Part shown: positions 1-8,081 of the stretch, piece after piece
Layout: the number at the start of each line of letters is the position of its first letter
Numbering within the stretch: position 1 is the stretch's first letter
Assembly: GCA_043810635.1 (NCBI GenBank)
Contig: JBDRNY010000025.1
Location: forward strand, 1-35,400
Source of the DNA: Candidatus Micrarchaeota archaeon
GTDB taxonomy: Archaea > Micrarchaeota > Micrarchaeia > Anstonellales > Anstonellaceae
Reading direction: 5' to 3'
DNA: 35,400 nt
Program-made: the position numbers and the translations under genes
The notes under the pieces: generated by a model
Database searches by the model: none
Told to the model about the DNA's origin: nothing
Seen by the model: only the letters and a program-made list of their open reading frames with translations

Positions 1-63
1 AGCACTCTCTTCAAGAAATCGGAAAAAACAAACATTTAGATCCTTTTGTATCCTTATTTCTCC

Positions 64-486
64 ATGTCAATTGGGAAAAAAGGGGAACAAGATGTCGTAG
101 CTAAAGTAAAATGCCCTAATTGCAATAAAAAATTGATGTTATTGCCTCCAAATTATCCCCTATGTGATGTTCAATGCACTGGTTGCATATTCAGAGCCCA
201 AGTAAAAACAAACAACTCTAAACCTAAAAATGAGATTTTTGGTGCGGGTTGGGAAATCCTCGAAAAAGTATTAAGATCTGGATATATAATGCCTCCGTTA
301 ATTACCAATTTTATATGGGCGGAAAAGGGCAAAAAATATCAAAAGATTTTGTTTTTCCCGTTTATCCCCAAATCAAATATAAAGAAAAGAATTTTATCTC
401 CAACTGCTAGACGTGCAAACTATAAGATGTTTAATTATATTGGGATATTAAAATTGCCACATTTTGAGTTGTATTCGAATAAGTAG
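64..486 (+). CDS. DpnI-like (Dam-replacing family) PD-(D/E)xK nuclease domain, 140 aa, without the C-terminal winged-helix domain
   Basis: Has CPNC...CTGC zinc motif, GE helix, D...AQVK core and LSPTARRAN (DpnI has CPNC...CNHC, ELK, LAPTARRAG). ATG at 64 preferred over TTG at 46. Confidence 0.75.
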   Translation: MSIGKKGEQDVVAKVKCPNCNKKLMLLPPNYPLCDVQCTGCIFRAQVKTNNSKPKNEIFGAGWEILEKVLRSGYIMPPLITNFIWAEKGKKYQKILFFPFIPKSNIKKRILSPTARRANYKMFNYIGILKLPHFELYSNK

Positions 487-568
487 CCGATTCTTTTTAC
501 AGTATTCAACTCTATCTTTTTCTTCTGAAAAATGCAAGCCCAGCATGTAAATTTCAGTGCTTCTTTTA

Positions 569-1681
569 TTACAGCAAATACCCGCTCGCATCCTCAACAA
601 TCCCCGAGCCCTTGCCAACATCTTCCAGGGTTATTGCGCCTTTTTTGGTTATTGCTGCAAAATCAACAGCCTCAACCAGGTATTCATTATACTTGAATGT
701 TGTTTTTGTTTTCATCAAAAATGCCTGGAGGGCGTATGATTTCATTGCAAGATAAAATTTATCCCCATGCAACAGCCATCTGCTGTTCTTTCCCTCAAGC
801 CAGGATTTGATTTTAAGATTTTTGAATTCATATCTTTTCCCATTATGCTCAAAAAATGCAACACAATGGACATGCAGCCCATGCCGGCTCTTTCCAAACG
901 GCCTGCCTACAAAAAAATCAATTGTTGAGCCTGATTCAAACTGAATTCTTATCCAGTTCCAGGGGGTGAACGGGATGGCGGCAATAACTTTCTGCAAATA
1001 TGCCTTGCCTTTTACTTTTTTACTATTCAGCATTCCTGAGAAATCAAAATAATAGTTTACTATTACCACTCCAAGCCCCTTTGCAACAGGGGGCTTGAAG
1101 ATTTCAACTATTTCATAGGGAATCATGCCGTCTGTTGGGGCTCTTACTTTAGCTTTAAAATAGCTTTTTGAGCCTGAACTCACTGAAACATAATAATTCG
1201 GATAATGGCCTCTGACGCTAACAATCTTTTTGTTCCTCTCTGCAACAAGAAGCTTGCCTTCCCCCTTGCTCTGAACTTTTAGCAATACATTTGAGTCAAG
1301 AACAACTTTTTTTCCAAGTTTTGAATCATAAAGCCAGCACAGTGCAGCACAGCAAACCTCTCCCTCTTTTGGATTTATAAGTTTCTTTTTTGAGGACTTG
1401 ACATGTGTTCTGTTAACTGTGACAGAGCCTTGAGCCCTTCCAAATGTAAGAACCACCTGCTCTTTTTTTCCCGGAACACACAAATGCATAAACCAGTATT
1501 CCTTTCCGGAGATAGGCAACTCCTCAATTGAGAAAAAAAGGTCATCCGGCCCCTTATACACATTTGATTTGAACACTCTTGAAAACGCATTGATTCTTGA
1601 TTTTAGGTTAATTGCATCAACTCTCCACTTTTTTGTGCTGAGAAGTCTGCGAATTTTTGAGTTGTAAAAATCAAATTTCAT
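569..1681 (-). CDS. Hypothetical protein, tocopherol cyclase/CrtC(AttH)-like beta-barrel fold (paralog B), 370 aa
   Basis: Long ORF with KEYWFMH, GKAYLQK..PFTPWNW, FKYNEY and a terminal GxGxxE motif. ATGA overlap with the upstream paralog. Fold call from motif resemblance only. Confidence 0.55.
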   Translation of the reverse strand: MKFDFYNSKIRRLLSTKKWRVDAINLKSRINAFSRVFKSNVYKGPDDLFFSIEELPISGKEYWFMHLCVPGKKEQVVLTFGRAQGSVTVNRTHVKSSKKKLINPKEGEVCCAALCWLYDSKLGKKVVLDSNVLLKVQSKGEGKLLVAERNKKIVSVRGHYPNYYVSVSSGSKSYFKAKVRAPTDGMIPYEIVEIFKPPVAKGLGVVIVNYYFDFSGMLNSKKVKGKAYLQKVIAAIPFTPWNWIRIQFESGSTIDFFVGRPFGKSRHGLHVHCVAFFEHNGKRYEFKNLKIKSWLEGKNSRWLLHGDKFYLAMKSYALQAFLMKTKTTFKYNEYLVEAVDFAAITKKGAITLEDVGKGSGIVEDASGYLL

Positions 1682-2814
1682 AACAAAATCCCCCAGGAAT
1701 TCTCCATATTTCCCCAGCCGTTCTCAAGCACAATTTGCTCTGAGCCGTCCTGGAATTGAATTTCAAGCCTCTCAAATACTGCAGGGTACTCATTATACTT
1801 AAATGTTGATTTTATCGGGAAGATGCTGATATTCTTTACAAAAGTCCAGCAGGCATGCGCATATGCACTGCAGACTCCCTTTATTTCAAACCCATCGCCC
1901 TGGGCGCTTATCGAGTGGGAGTATAAATTTTCACTGATTCTTTTTGGCATAATTTTCATTTTTTGAGTCTTAAACACCCTTTTTGAAGGCGCATGGTAGA
2001 CGGCAATATCGCTTGTAAGCAAATTTGCAGGGCTGACAAGCTCAGTTTTTATTCCTGCATTGTCTCTTAAAATATTCTTGTTTACATATGCCTGCATATA
2101 TGTAAGAAAGCTCCCGTCTGAAAAATGATAAATCCCCCAATACCACTGCGGGGGCGGGGAGGCAAGGTACATCTTTTGAAAATAGGCTGTTCCTTTTATC
2201 TGCTTTATTTTCCCATCAGCTGTTTTTTCAGTGCCTTCAAGCTCAAAGCGCTCAATTCTTGTTCCGTCAACCCTTAGAAGGCCTGCCAGATATTTTGTTG
2301 AATCGTAGTGCGGGTCGTTTGCCGGGTGTTTGTCAATATATTTTGCAACAAGCTCAAACTCAACTTCATCTGTTTTTATTTTAGTCAGCCATTCTTCATC
2401 AGATTTTTGCATAAGCATGCTTGGCGTGTTGCCCGGAGCCGTAATTGACTTTTTTTCCATATCCAGGCTCATCATGCTCTTTTCAAGCACAAAATTCTCC
2501 CTTACCTTTTTTCCATCATAATACCAGGCAGCCACTGCTCCGTCCAATCCAAGCTTGTTGCCCTTGGGGATTATCTGCCTTGGCACGCTTATATCCATCC
2601 CGTTTACTGAAATTAAACTATCTTGCTTTATTGACCATAGGATTTCAATCTGCCTGCAGCGCCCAGTTTTCTTTGTATTTTCATCATGGATAAAAAAAAG
2701 CCAGAACCACCAAAGCCAGCCTCCGGGCATAAGCTTTATTGAGGGAACAGACCATATATTTTCCAATATTTCGGATTTTGATAATTCTTTCCCCTTCCCT
2801 TCTCTATATGACAT
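1678..2814 (-). CDS. Hypothetical protein, tocopherol cyclase/CrtC(AttH)-like beta-barrel fold (paralog A), 378 aa
   Basis: Motifs WLWWFWLFF, GTAYFQK..PPPQWYW, FKYNEY, GWGNMENSWG are shared with 569..1681. Start moved to ATG 2814 so it does not overlap the divergent gene. Confidence 0.55.
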   Translation of the reverse strand: MSYREGKGKELSKSEILENIWSVPSIKLMPGGWLWWFWLFFIHDENTKKTGRCRQIEILWSIKQDSLISVNGMDISVPRQIIPKGNKLGLDGAVAAWYYDGKKVRENFVLEKSMMSLDMEKKSITAPGNTPSMLMQKSDEEWLTKIKTDEVEFELVAKYIDKHPANDPHYDSTKYLAGLLRVDGTRIERFELEGTEKTADGKIKQIKGTAYFQKMYLASPPPQWYWGIYHFSDGSFLTYMQAYVNKNILRDNAGIKTELVSPANLLTSDIAVYHAPSKRVFKTQKMKIMPKRISENLYSHSISAQGDGFEIKGVCSAYAHACWTFVKNISIFPIKSTFKYNEYPAVFERLEIQFQDGSEQIVLENGWGNMENSWGILL

Positions 2815-2850
2815 GCTGTGATTATGTGAATAGCTATTTTTATTGTTTGC

Positions 2851-2860
2851 TTTATAAATA
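2851..2860. promoter_or_regulatory. Palindromic TATA box (TTTATAAA) in the 58-bp divergent gap
   Basis: tttataaata lies between ATG 2814 (-) and ATG 2873 (+). Confidence 0.5.
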
Positions 2861-2872
2861 AAATTGATAATT

Positions 2873-4153
2873 ATGCCCAAGCTACCTGAGGTCAAAAACT
2901 ATGATGCAATAGTGGTCGGTGCAGGCCCTTCAGGCTGCTCTGCCGCAATCTTTTTAGCCCGCGCCGGCAGAAAGGTGCTTCTTGTTGACAAGGCTAATTT
3001 TCCAAGGGAAAAAGTATGCGGGGATGCAGTCTCCGGAAAGTCTGTAAGCGTGATTGGGGATATCGGAGTGTTGAAGAGCGTTGAGCAACAAAAGCACGGA
3101 ATTGTCCGCAATATAAAGCTTGCTGCGCCCAACGGCTATGAAGTATCCCTTCCCTTTGAGCCTGCCCCCGGCCTTGATTGCGCAGGATATGTTTATAGGA
3201 GAAAATTGACCGATAACCTGCTTTTTGAATCTGCAAAAAATGAGGGGAATGTTGCAATAATTGAGAATTTCACTGTGGCCAAATTGCTAAAGGACGAAGG
3301 TGGAAAGGTAAGGGGGATTGGCGGAGCAACCGGCCACTCCCAGATTGCAATTGCTGATAATAAAAAAAATAAGGAGTTCTTTGCAAAAGTAGTTGTTGGG
3401 GCAGACGGTGCAGGCTCTGTTGTTGCAAGGCAGCTGGGCCTTAGGGGAATCCCCCCCAACCATCTTTATATGGGAGTGCGCGGATATTGGAGAGGCGTAA
3501 AAGGCCTAAAGGATGAAATTGAGCTCTTCTTTATTGATGAAGTATTGCCTGGCTACTTGTGGGTATTTCCATTGGGCGACGGGACGGCAAATGTTGGATT
3601 GGGAATATTGGCTTCAGACTTGAAGAAAAAAAAGGGCCATCTAAACAAGATTTTGCTAAATGCTATTGAGAATGCGCCTACATTAAAGGCGAGGTTTAAG
3701 GAAGCAAAGCTTGAGGGGCGCATAGGCGCGTGGATAATTCCGCTCGGCTCTTATAAACGCAAAAATTCAGGAGATGGCTGGGTGCTTGCAGGAGATGCTG
3801 CATCATTAGCAGATCCTTTCTCAGGCGAAGGGTTTGGAAATGCATTATCCTCTGGAAAGTTTGCAGCACAGGCAATAGATGAGGCGCTAAAAAAATATCC
3901 TGAAGCAAACCCCATCCCCGCAATGGCGCTAAAGCCATATACAGATAAAATTGAGAGTGCTTTGTACCCTGAGATGCAAATAACATATAAGATGCAGCAG
4001 GCAGCCAGATTTAAGTTTATATTTAATTTGTTTATCAAAAAGGCCGCAACAAAGCCAGAATTTAAGCAGATGATGGCTGATATGCTTTCCTCAAATGAGA
4101 ACAAAAAGCAGGTGTCAAATCCATTGTTTTATCTAAAGCTTCTTTTCCTATAA
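2873..4153 (+). CDS. Geranylgeranyl reductase family FAD-dependent oxidoreductase
   Basis: Motifs GAGPSG, FPREKVCGDA, GADGAGS, PGYLWVFP, AGDAA..DPFSGEG. Confidence 0.88.
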   Translation: MPKLPEVKNYDAIVVGAGPSGCSAAIFLARAGRKVLLVDKANFPREKVCGDAVSGKSVSVIGDIGVLKSVEQQKHGIVRNIKLAAPNGYEVSLPFEPAPGLDCAGYVYRRKLTDNLLFESAKNEGNVAIIENFTVAKLLKDEGGKVRGIGGATGHSQIAIADNKKNKEFFAKVVVGADGAGSVVARQLGLRGIPPNHLYMGVRGYWRGVKGLKDEIELFFIDEVLPGYLWVFPLGDGTANVGLGILASDLKKKKGHLNKILLNAIENAPTLKARFKEAKLEGRIGAWIIPLGSYKRKNSGDGWVLAGDAASLADPFSGEGFGNALSSGKFAAQAIDEALKKYPEANPIPAMALKPYTDKIESALYPEMQITYKMQQAARFKFIFNLFIKKAATKPEFKQMMADMLSSNENKKQVSNPLFYLKLLFL

Positions 4154-4161
4154 TTTTTATT

Positions 4162-5232
4162 TCAAATCCACTTCTTCCTTTTGAAAAATACAAGCAAAAT
4201 AATTGCAATCACGCCCATTGCACCCAATGCGCCGAAATATCCAAACGGATGCGCCAATTCAGGCATAAACCTGAAATTCATTCCATACAATCCTGTGATA
4301 AAAGTCATGGGAATAAATACTGCTGTAAAAATAGTAAGCACTTTCATAACTTCATTTGTTTTGTTTGAAATAGATGACAAATAAACATCCAGCATGTTTG
4401 CAAGCATGCTTGTAAACGTATCTGTGGTGTCAATTGACTGCACCACATGGTCGTTCAAGTCTTTGAGATAAATTTCAGTGCTTCTTTTAATCAAGTCAGT
4501 TTCCCTTCTCTGCAGTTTGTTTGTAACTTCCCTCAAAGGCCACACTTTTTTCCTTACATAAAGCATTTCCCTTTTCAATTTTTGTATTATTCTTAAAGTT
4601 TTCTGACCTGCTCCGTTTGCAAGCTTTTCTTCCACATCTCCGATAACTTCCCCAATTCCGTCAAGAGCAGAAAAATACCTGTCAACTATGGAGTCCATCA
4701 AAATATACGCAAGATAATCTGCGCCCATTTTGCGTATCTTTCCCCTCTTATTCCTTATACTCTCCTTAACCCCCTTGAAAATATTCGGCTTTTTTTCCTG
4801 AAAAGACAATACATAATTTTTTCCAAGCACAAGCGCAACATGCTCATCAGTTATCTCCTTTTTTCTTGGGTTATATTCCAAACTTTTCAATACAATAAAA
4901 AGATGGTCATCATAATCATCCAATTTAGGCCTTTGCTCTGTATTTACCAAGTCTTCCAAAAGCATTGGGTGCAATCCAAAACCCCTCCCGATTTCCTCTA
5001 TAATTCTCAAATTATGCAACCCGTCCACATGTATCCAGGTTATCCCTTTCTTTCTTTTTGCCTTTATTGCCTCTTTTGCATTCTTCGCCCTTCTCTCACT
5101 ATACCTTCCCTTATCATAATTGACAATAGTAATCTTCCCGGTATCAGTTCTTTTATCCCCTATATACACTAATGTTCCCGGCGGCAGGCCTGCCTTCGGA
5201 TAATCTACATCAATCAAATCTGACAATGGCAT
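4162..5232 (-). CDS. corA: Magnesium/cobalt transporter CorA
   Basis: KAGLPPGTL N-terminus, EQRPK, NEVMKVLT and YGMNFxxMPEL signature, two C-terminal TM helices. ATG 5232 fits the TATA box at 5255-5264. Confidence 0.95.
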   Translation of the reverse strand: MPLSDLIDVDYPKAGLPPGTLVYIGDKRTDTGKITIVNYDKGRYSERRAKNAKEAIKAKRKKGITWIHVDGLHNLRIIEEIGRGFGLHPMLLEDLVNTEQRPKLDDYDDHLFIVLKSLEYNPRKKEITDEHVALVLGKNYVLSFQEKKPNIFKGVKESIRNKRGKIRKMGADYLAYILMDSIVDRYFSALDGIGEVIGDVEEKLANGAGQKTLRIIQKLKREMLYVRKKVWPLREVTNKLQRRETDLIKRSTEIYLKDLNDHVVQSIDTTDTFTSMLANMLDVYLSSISNKTNEVMKVLTIFTAVFIPMTFITGLYGMNFRFMPELAHPFGYFGALGAMGVIAIILLVFFKRKKWI

Positions 5233-5343
5233 GTAAAACAAGTTTCTTTCCACCTATATAAATATTCCTGAATATCCCTTCCCTGCCGAATCAAAACAAT
5301 TTGCTTTATTAACTCACAATTGGTTGGTTTTTTGGTGGTATTG

Positions 5344-5901
5344 GTGAGAAATTTCATATTTGCATTTGCAATTTTTTCCCTCCTATTTATTTCAGGGTGC
5401 GTTGTCCCCCCCGACGGTGCTATTGCATGCACAATGGAATATGCGCCTGTTTGCGGAGTGGACGGAATTACTTATTCCAACCAGTGCATGGCAAATGCGG
5501 CAGAAGTTGAAATTGCTTATTTCGGGGAATGCACCGCATCTAATATTACTGAAGAAGTTTCAAATGAAACAGGAGAAATTCCCGTTGTTGAGGAAAATGC
5601 AAGCGATACTCAAATAGGAATGCCCAACCCGGCATCAGTATATTGCGGGGAAAATAATGGAACGCTTGAAATGCGCGAAGCCGAGGGCGGAACTGTTGGC
5701 TTTTGCATATTTAGTGACGGAAGCGAATGCGAGGAATGGGCATTTTACAGGGGCGAATGCTCCCCCGGAGAGGGCATAAAAGAGGATGAATGCGCAGGCA
5801 TATTTGGAAAGGTTTGCGGGGTTGACGGAAAAACATATCAAAACAAATGCTACATAAACAAGGCAGATGTGTCAATAGAGCATATGGGCAATTGCACCTA
5901 A
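5344..5901 (+). CDS. Secreted lipoprotein with Kazal-DUF333-Kazal architecture
   Basis: Signal peptide ending ISGC; CTMEYAPVCGVDGITYSNQC and CAGIFGKVCGVDGKTYQNKC (Kazal); GMPNPASVYC...CEEWAFYRGEC (DUF333). GTG start after GGTGG. Confidence 0.8.
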   Translation: MRNFIFAFAIFSLLFISGCVVPPDGAIACTMEYAPVCGVDGITYSNQCMANAAEVEIAYFGECTASNITEEVSNETGEIPVVEENASDTQIGMPNPASVYCGENNGTLEMREAEGGTVGFCIFSDGSECEEWAFYRGECSPGEGIKEDECAGIFGKVCGVDGKTYQNKCYINKADVSIEHMGNCT

Positions 5902-5956
5902 ATCAACAAACTTGCCACCCTCTCCCCTTTTATTATTTTTTCAAATTATCTAATCT

Positions 5957-7423
5957 ATGCGAGCATTGGAAATACTCTCAACATTATCCCTCATATTATT
6001 CTATACTGCAATACCCCTACTCCTTCCGCTAGGCTATGCCTATTACTATGCAGAGCCCACTCTCCAGCCGATTGCGATAGTAATATTTATCATGATGTTT
6101 CCCTCAATTCCGGTAATACTTTCAGGAATTTTCAAATGGCTTGCAGGCGGAATAAATACATTAATACAAAAATTATTCAGAAGGGAAGCTCCCTGGAATT
6201 TTGCAGTGGAAGTGTTTACCCGCCGCCCCGAATTATCCAAATTAAAATTCGGGGACATATTGGCTGTTGCCGCGCTTGCATGGATAGTAATCCCATCCAT
6301 TACCGCCTACCCTTATTACATGTCCGGGCTTTCAATTGAAGATTCATTGTTTGAAAGCGTTTCCGGCTGGACTTCAACCGGCTTGAGCATTCTTTCCGCA
6401 CCAGAGGAAATGTCCCCCTCGCTTGTATTATTCCGAAGCGTAACCCAGTGGGTTGGCGGGCTTGGAATAATATTGTTAATGCTGTCATTATTCAAGCACA
6501 GGCAGGCAAAATCCCTTCTTGCATTTGAGGCAAAAGATTCAATGGAATTGGGGACAGGCAACACTGCAGCAAAAATATGGAAAATATACATATTTCTCAC
6601 AATACTTGCAATAGCCGCACTCATCTTATCCGGGTTTGATCTGCTTACTGCATCAAATTTAGGATTTTCCGGGCTTTCAAACGGAGGGTTTTTCCCTTTC
6701 TCCTCTTTCCCCTTTCTCTGGATTCAAAAATTAATACTTGCATTAACAATGTTTTTCGGGGCAATCAGCTTTATGACATACAACAAATTGCAGGCAGGAA
6801 AGCTGAATGCGCTTTTAGGGGAAGAATTTCTTCTCTTCCTGGCTCTCATAATAATTTCAGTTTCCCTGATATTTTTCATAGCCAATGACGAGATATTTAA
6901 CAGCATTTTGAATACTGTTTCTGCAATAGCATGCGGAGGGTTTGCAATAGGTGATTTGTCAGTCATGCACGAATTCTCCCTCTACATACTCATACTTTTG
7001 ATGATTTGCGGGGGAATGTATGGCAGCACTGCGGGCGGAATCAAGCTTTGGAGAATACTTGTTGCATTAAAATTAGTTCTCACAAAAATCCGGCAATATT
7101 TTATGCCAATAGGCTCGGTGCAAGTGGTTAAGGTTGACGGCAGCACTGTGGAAGACCATACAATAACCGAAGTGCTCGGATTTATGTTTATGTACCTGCT
7201 TTTGTTTGTGATTTGCGCAGGAGTGTTTATGGCATGGGATTATGGAATAGTGGATTCTATGTTTACTGTTGCATCTGCAATGGGCAATGTGGGCCTTTCC
7301 ACCATAAACATGGCAACCCTACCCATCTTCTCAAAATACTTTCTAATCATAATTATGTATGTAGGAAGAATTGAAATATTCCCGGTGCTTGCCTTGTTGA
7401 GGCTCATGGTGGGAAGAAATTGA
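5957..7423 (+). CDS. trkH: Trk-type K+ uptake membrane subunit
   Basis: FESVSGWTSTG, QWVGGLGII, GSTAGGIK, SAMGNVG, GRIEI; many TM helices. Confidence 0.92.
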   Translation: MRALEILSTLSLILFYTAIPLLLPLGYAYYYAEPTLQPIAIVIFIMMFPSIPVILSGIFKWLAGGINTLIQKLFRREAPWNFAVEVFTRRPELSKLKFGDILAVAALAWIVIPSITAYPYYMSGLSIEDSLFESVSGWTSTGLSILSAPEEMSPSLVLFRSVTQWVGGLGIILLMLSLFKHRQAKSLLAFEAKDSMELGTGNTAAKIWKIYIFLTILAIAALILSGFDLLTASNLGFSGLSNGGFFPFSSFPFLWIQKLILALTMFFGAISFMTYNKLQAGKLNALLGEEFLLFLALIIISVSLIFFIANDEIFNSILNTVSAIACGGFAIGDLSVMHEFSLYILILLMICGGMYGSTAGGIKLWRILVALKLVLTKIRQYFMPIGSVQVVKVDGSTVEDHTITEVLGFMFMYLLLFVICAGVFMAWDYGIVDSMFTVASAMGNVGLSTINMATLPIFSKYFLIIIMYVGRIEIFPVLALLRLMVGRN

Positions 7424-7432
7424 GGTGTGTTT

Positions 7433-8059
7433 ATGGGAAAAGTTGTAATATTCGGCGCAGGAAATGTCGGCAAAACATTGCTTGAAATATTGGAAGCAAG
7501 AAAGCACAAACTAACTATAGTGGATGAAAGCAGGGAAGTTTGCAACAAGCTTGCATCTGAAAAATCCATATCAGTAATACACGGGGATGCCACAGACCCT
7601 TCTCTATTGGATGATTTGGATTTGCAGGATATGGATTATGTATTCTGCGTTTCAGGAAGCGATGAATCCAATTTTCTTTCAGGGGTGTATTCAAAGCAGG
7701 CAGGCGCAAAAAAAGTTATTTGCAGGGTAAAATCTTTGAAGCATTCCCGCCTATTGGAAAAATTGGGAATTGACAGCGTGGTATCAGAATTAACCCTTGC
7801 AGCAGAGCTTGCAAACCGCGCCTCCTCCCCGACAATACACAAAATGCTCAACCCCGCAGAAAGCAAAATGGAGCTTGTTGAAAAAATTGTTGACAAGGGA
7901 ATGCACAACAAATCAATTGCAGAATTAACCCGCGACAAAAAAACACTTGCAATTGCAATATATGACGGCAAAAAATTCATTATTGCAAAACCCACCGAGC
8001 GCCCCAAGCAGGGCTCGGTAATAGTAATATTGCGGGAAAGGGGATTTCTAAACCTTTAA
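7433..8059 (+). CDS. trkA: TrkA/KtrA-type RCK regulatory subunit
   Basis: GAGNVG Rossmann motif, GDATD, DESN; GAGGTG SD; directly follows trkH. Confidence 0.9.
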   Translation: MGKVVIFGAGNVGKTLLEILEARKHKLTIVDESREVCNKLASEKSISVIHGDATDPSLLDDLDLQDMDYVFCVSGSDESNFLSGVYSKQAGAKKVICRVKSLKHSRLLEKLGIDSVVSELTLAAELANRASSPTIHKMLNPAESKMELVEKIVDKGMHNKSIAELTRDKKTLAIAIYDGKKFIIAKPTERPKQGSVIVILRERGFLNL

Positions 8060-8081
8060 GTTTTCTATTTCTTTTCTTGCT

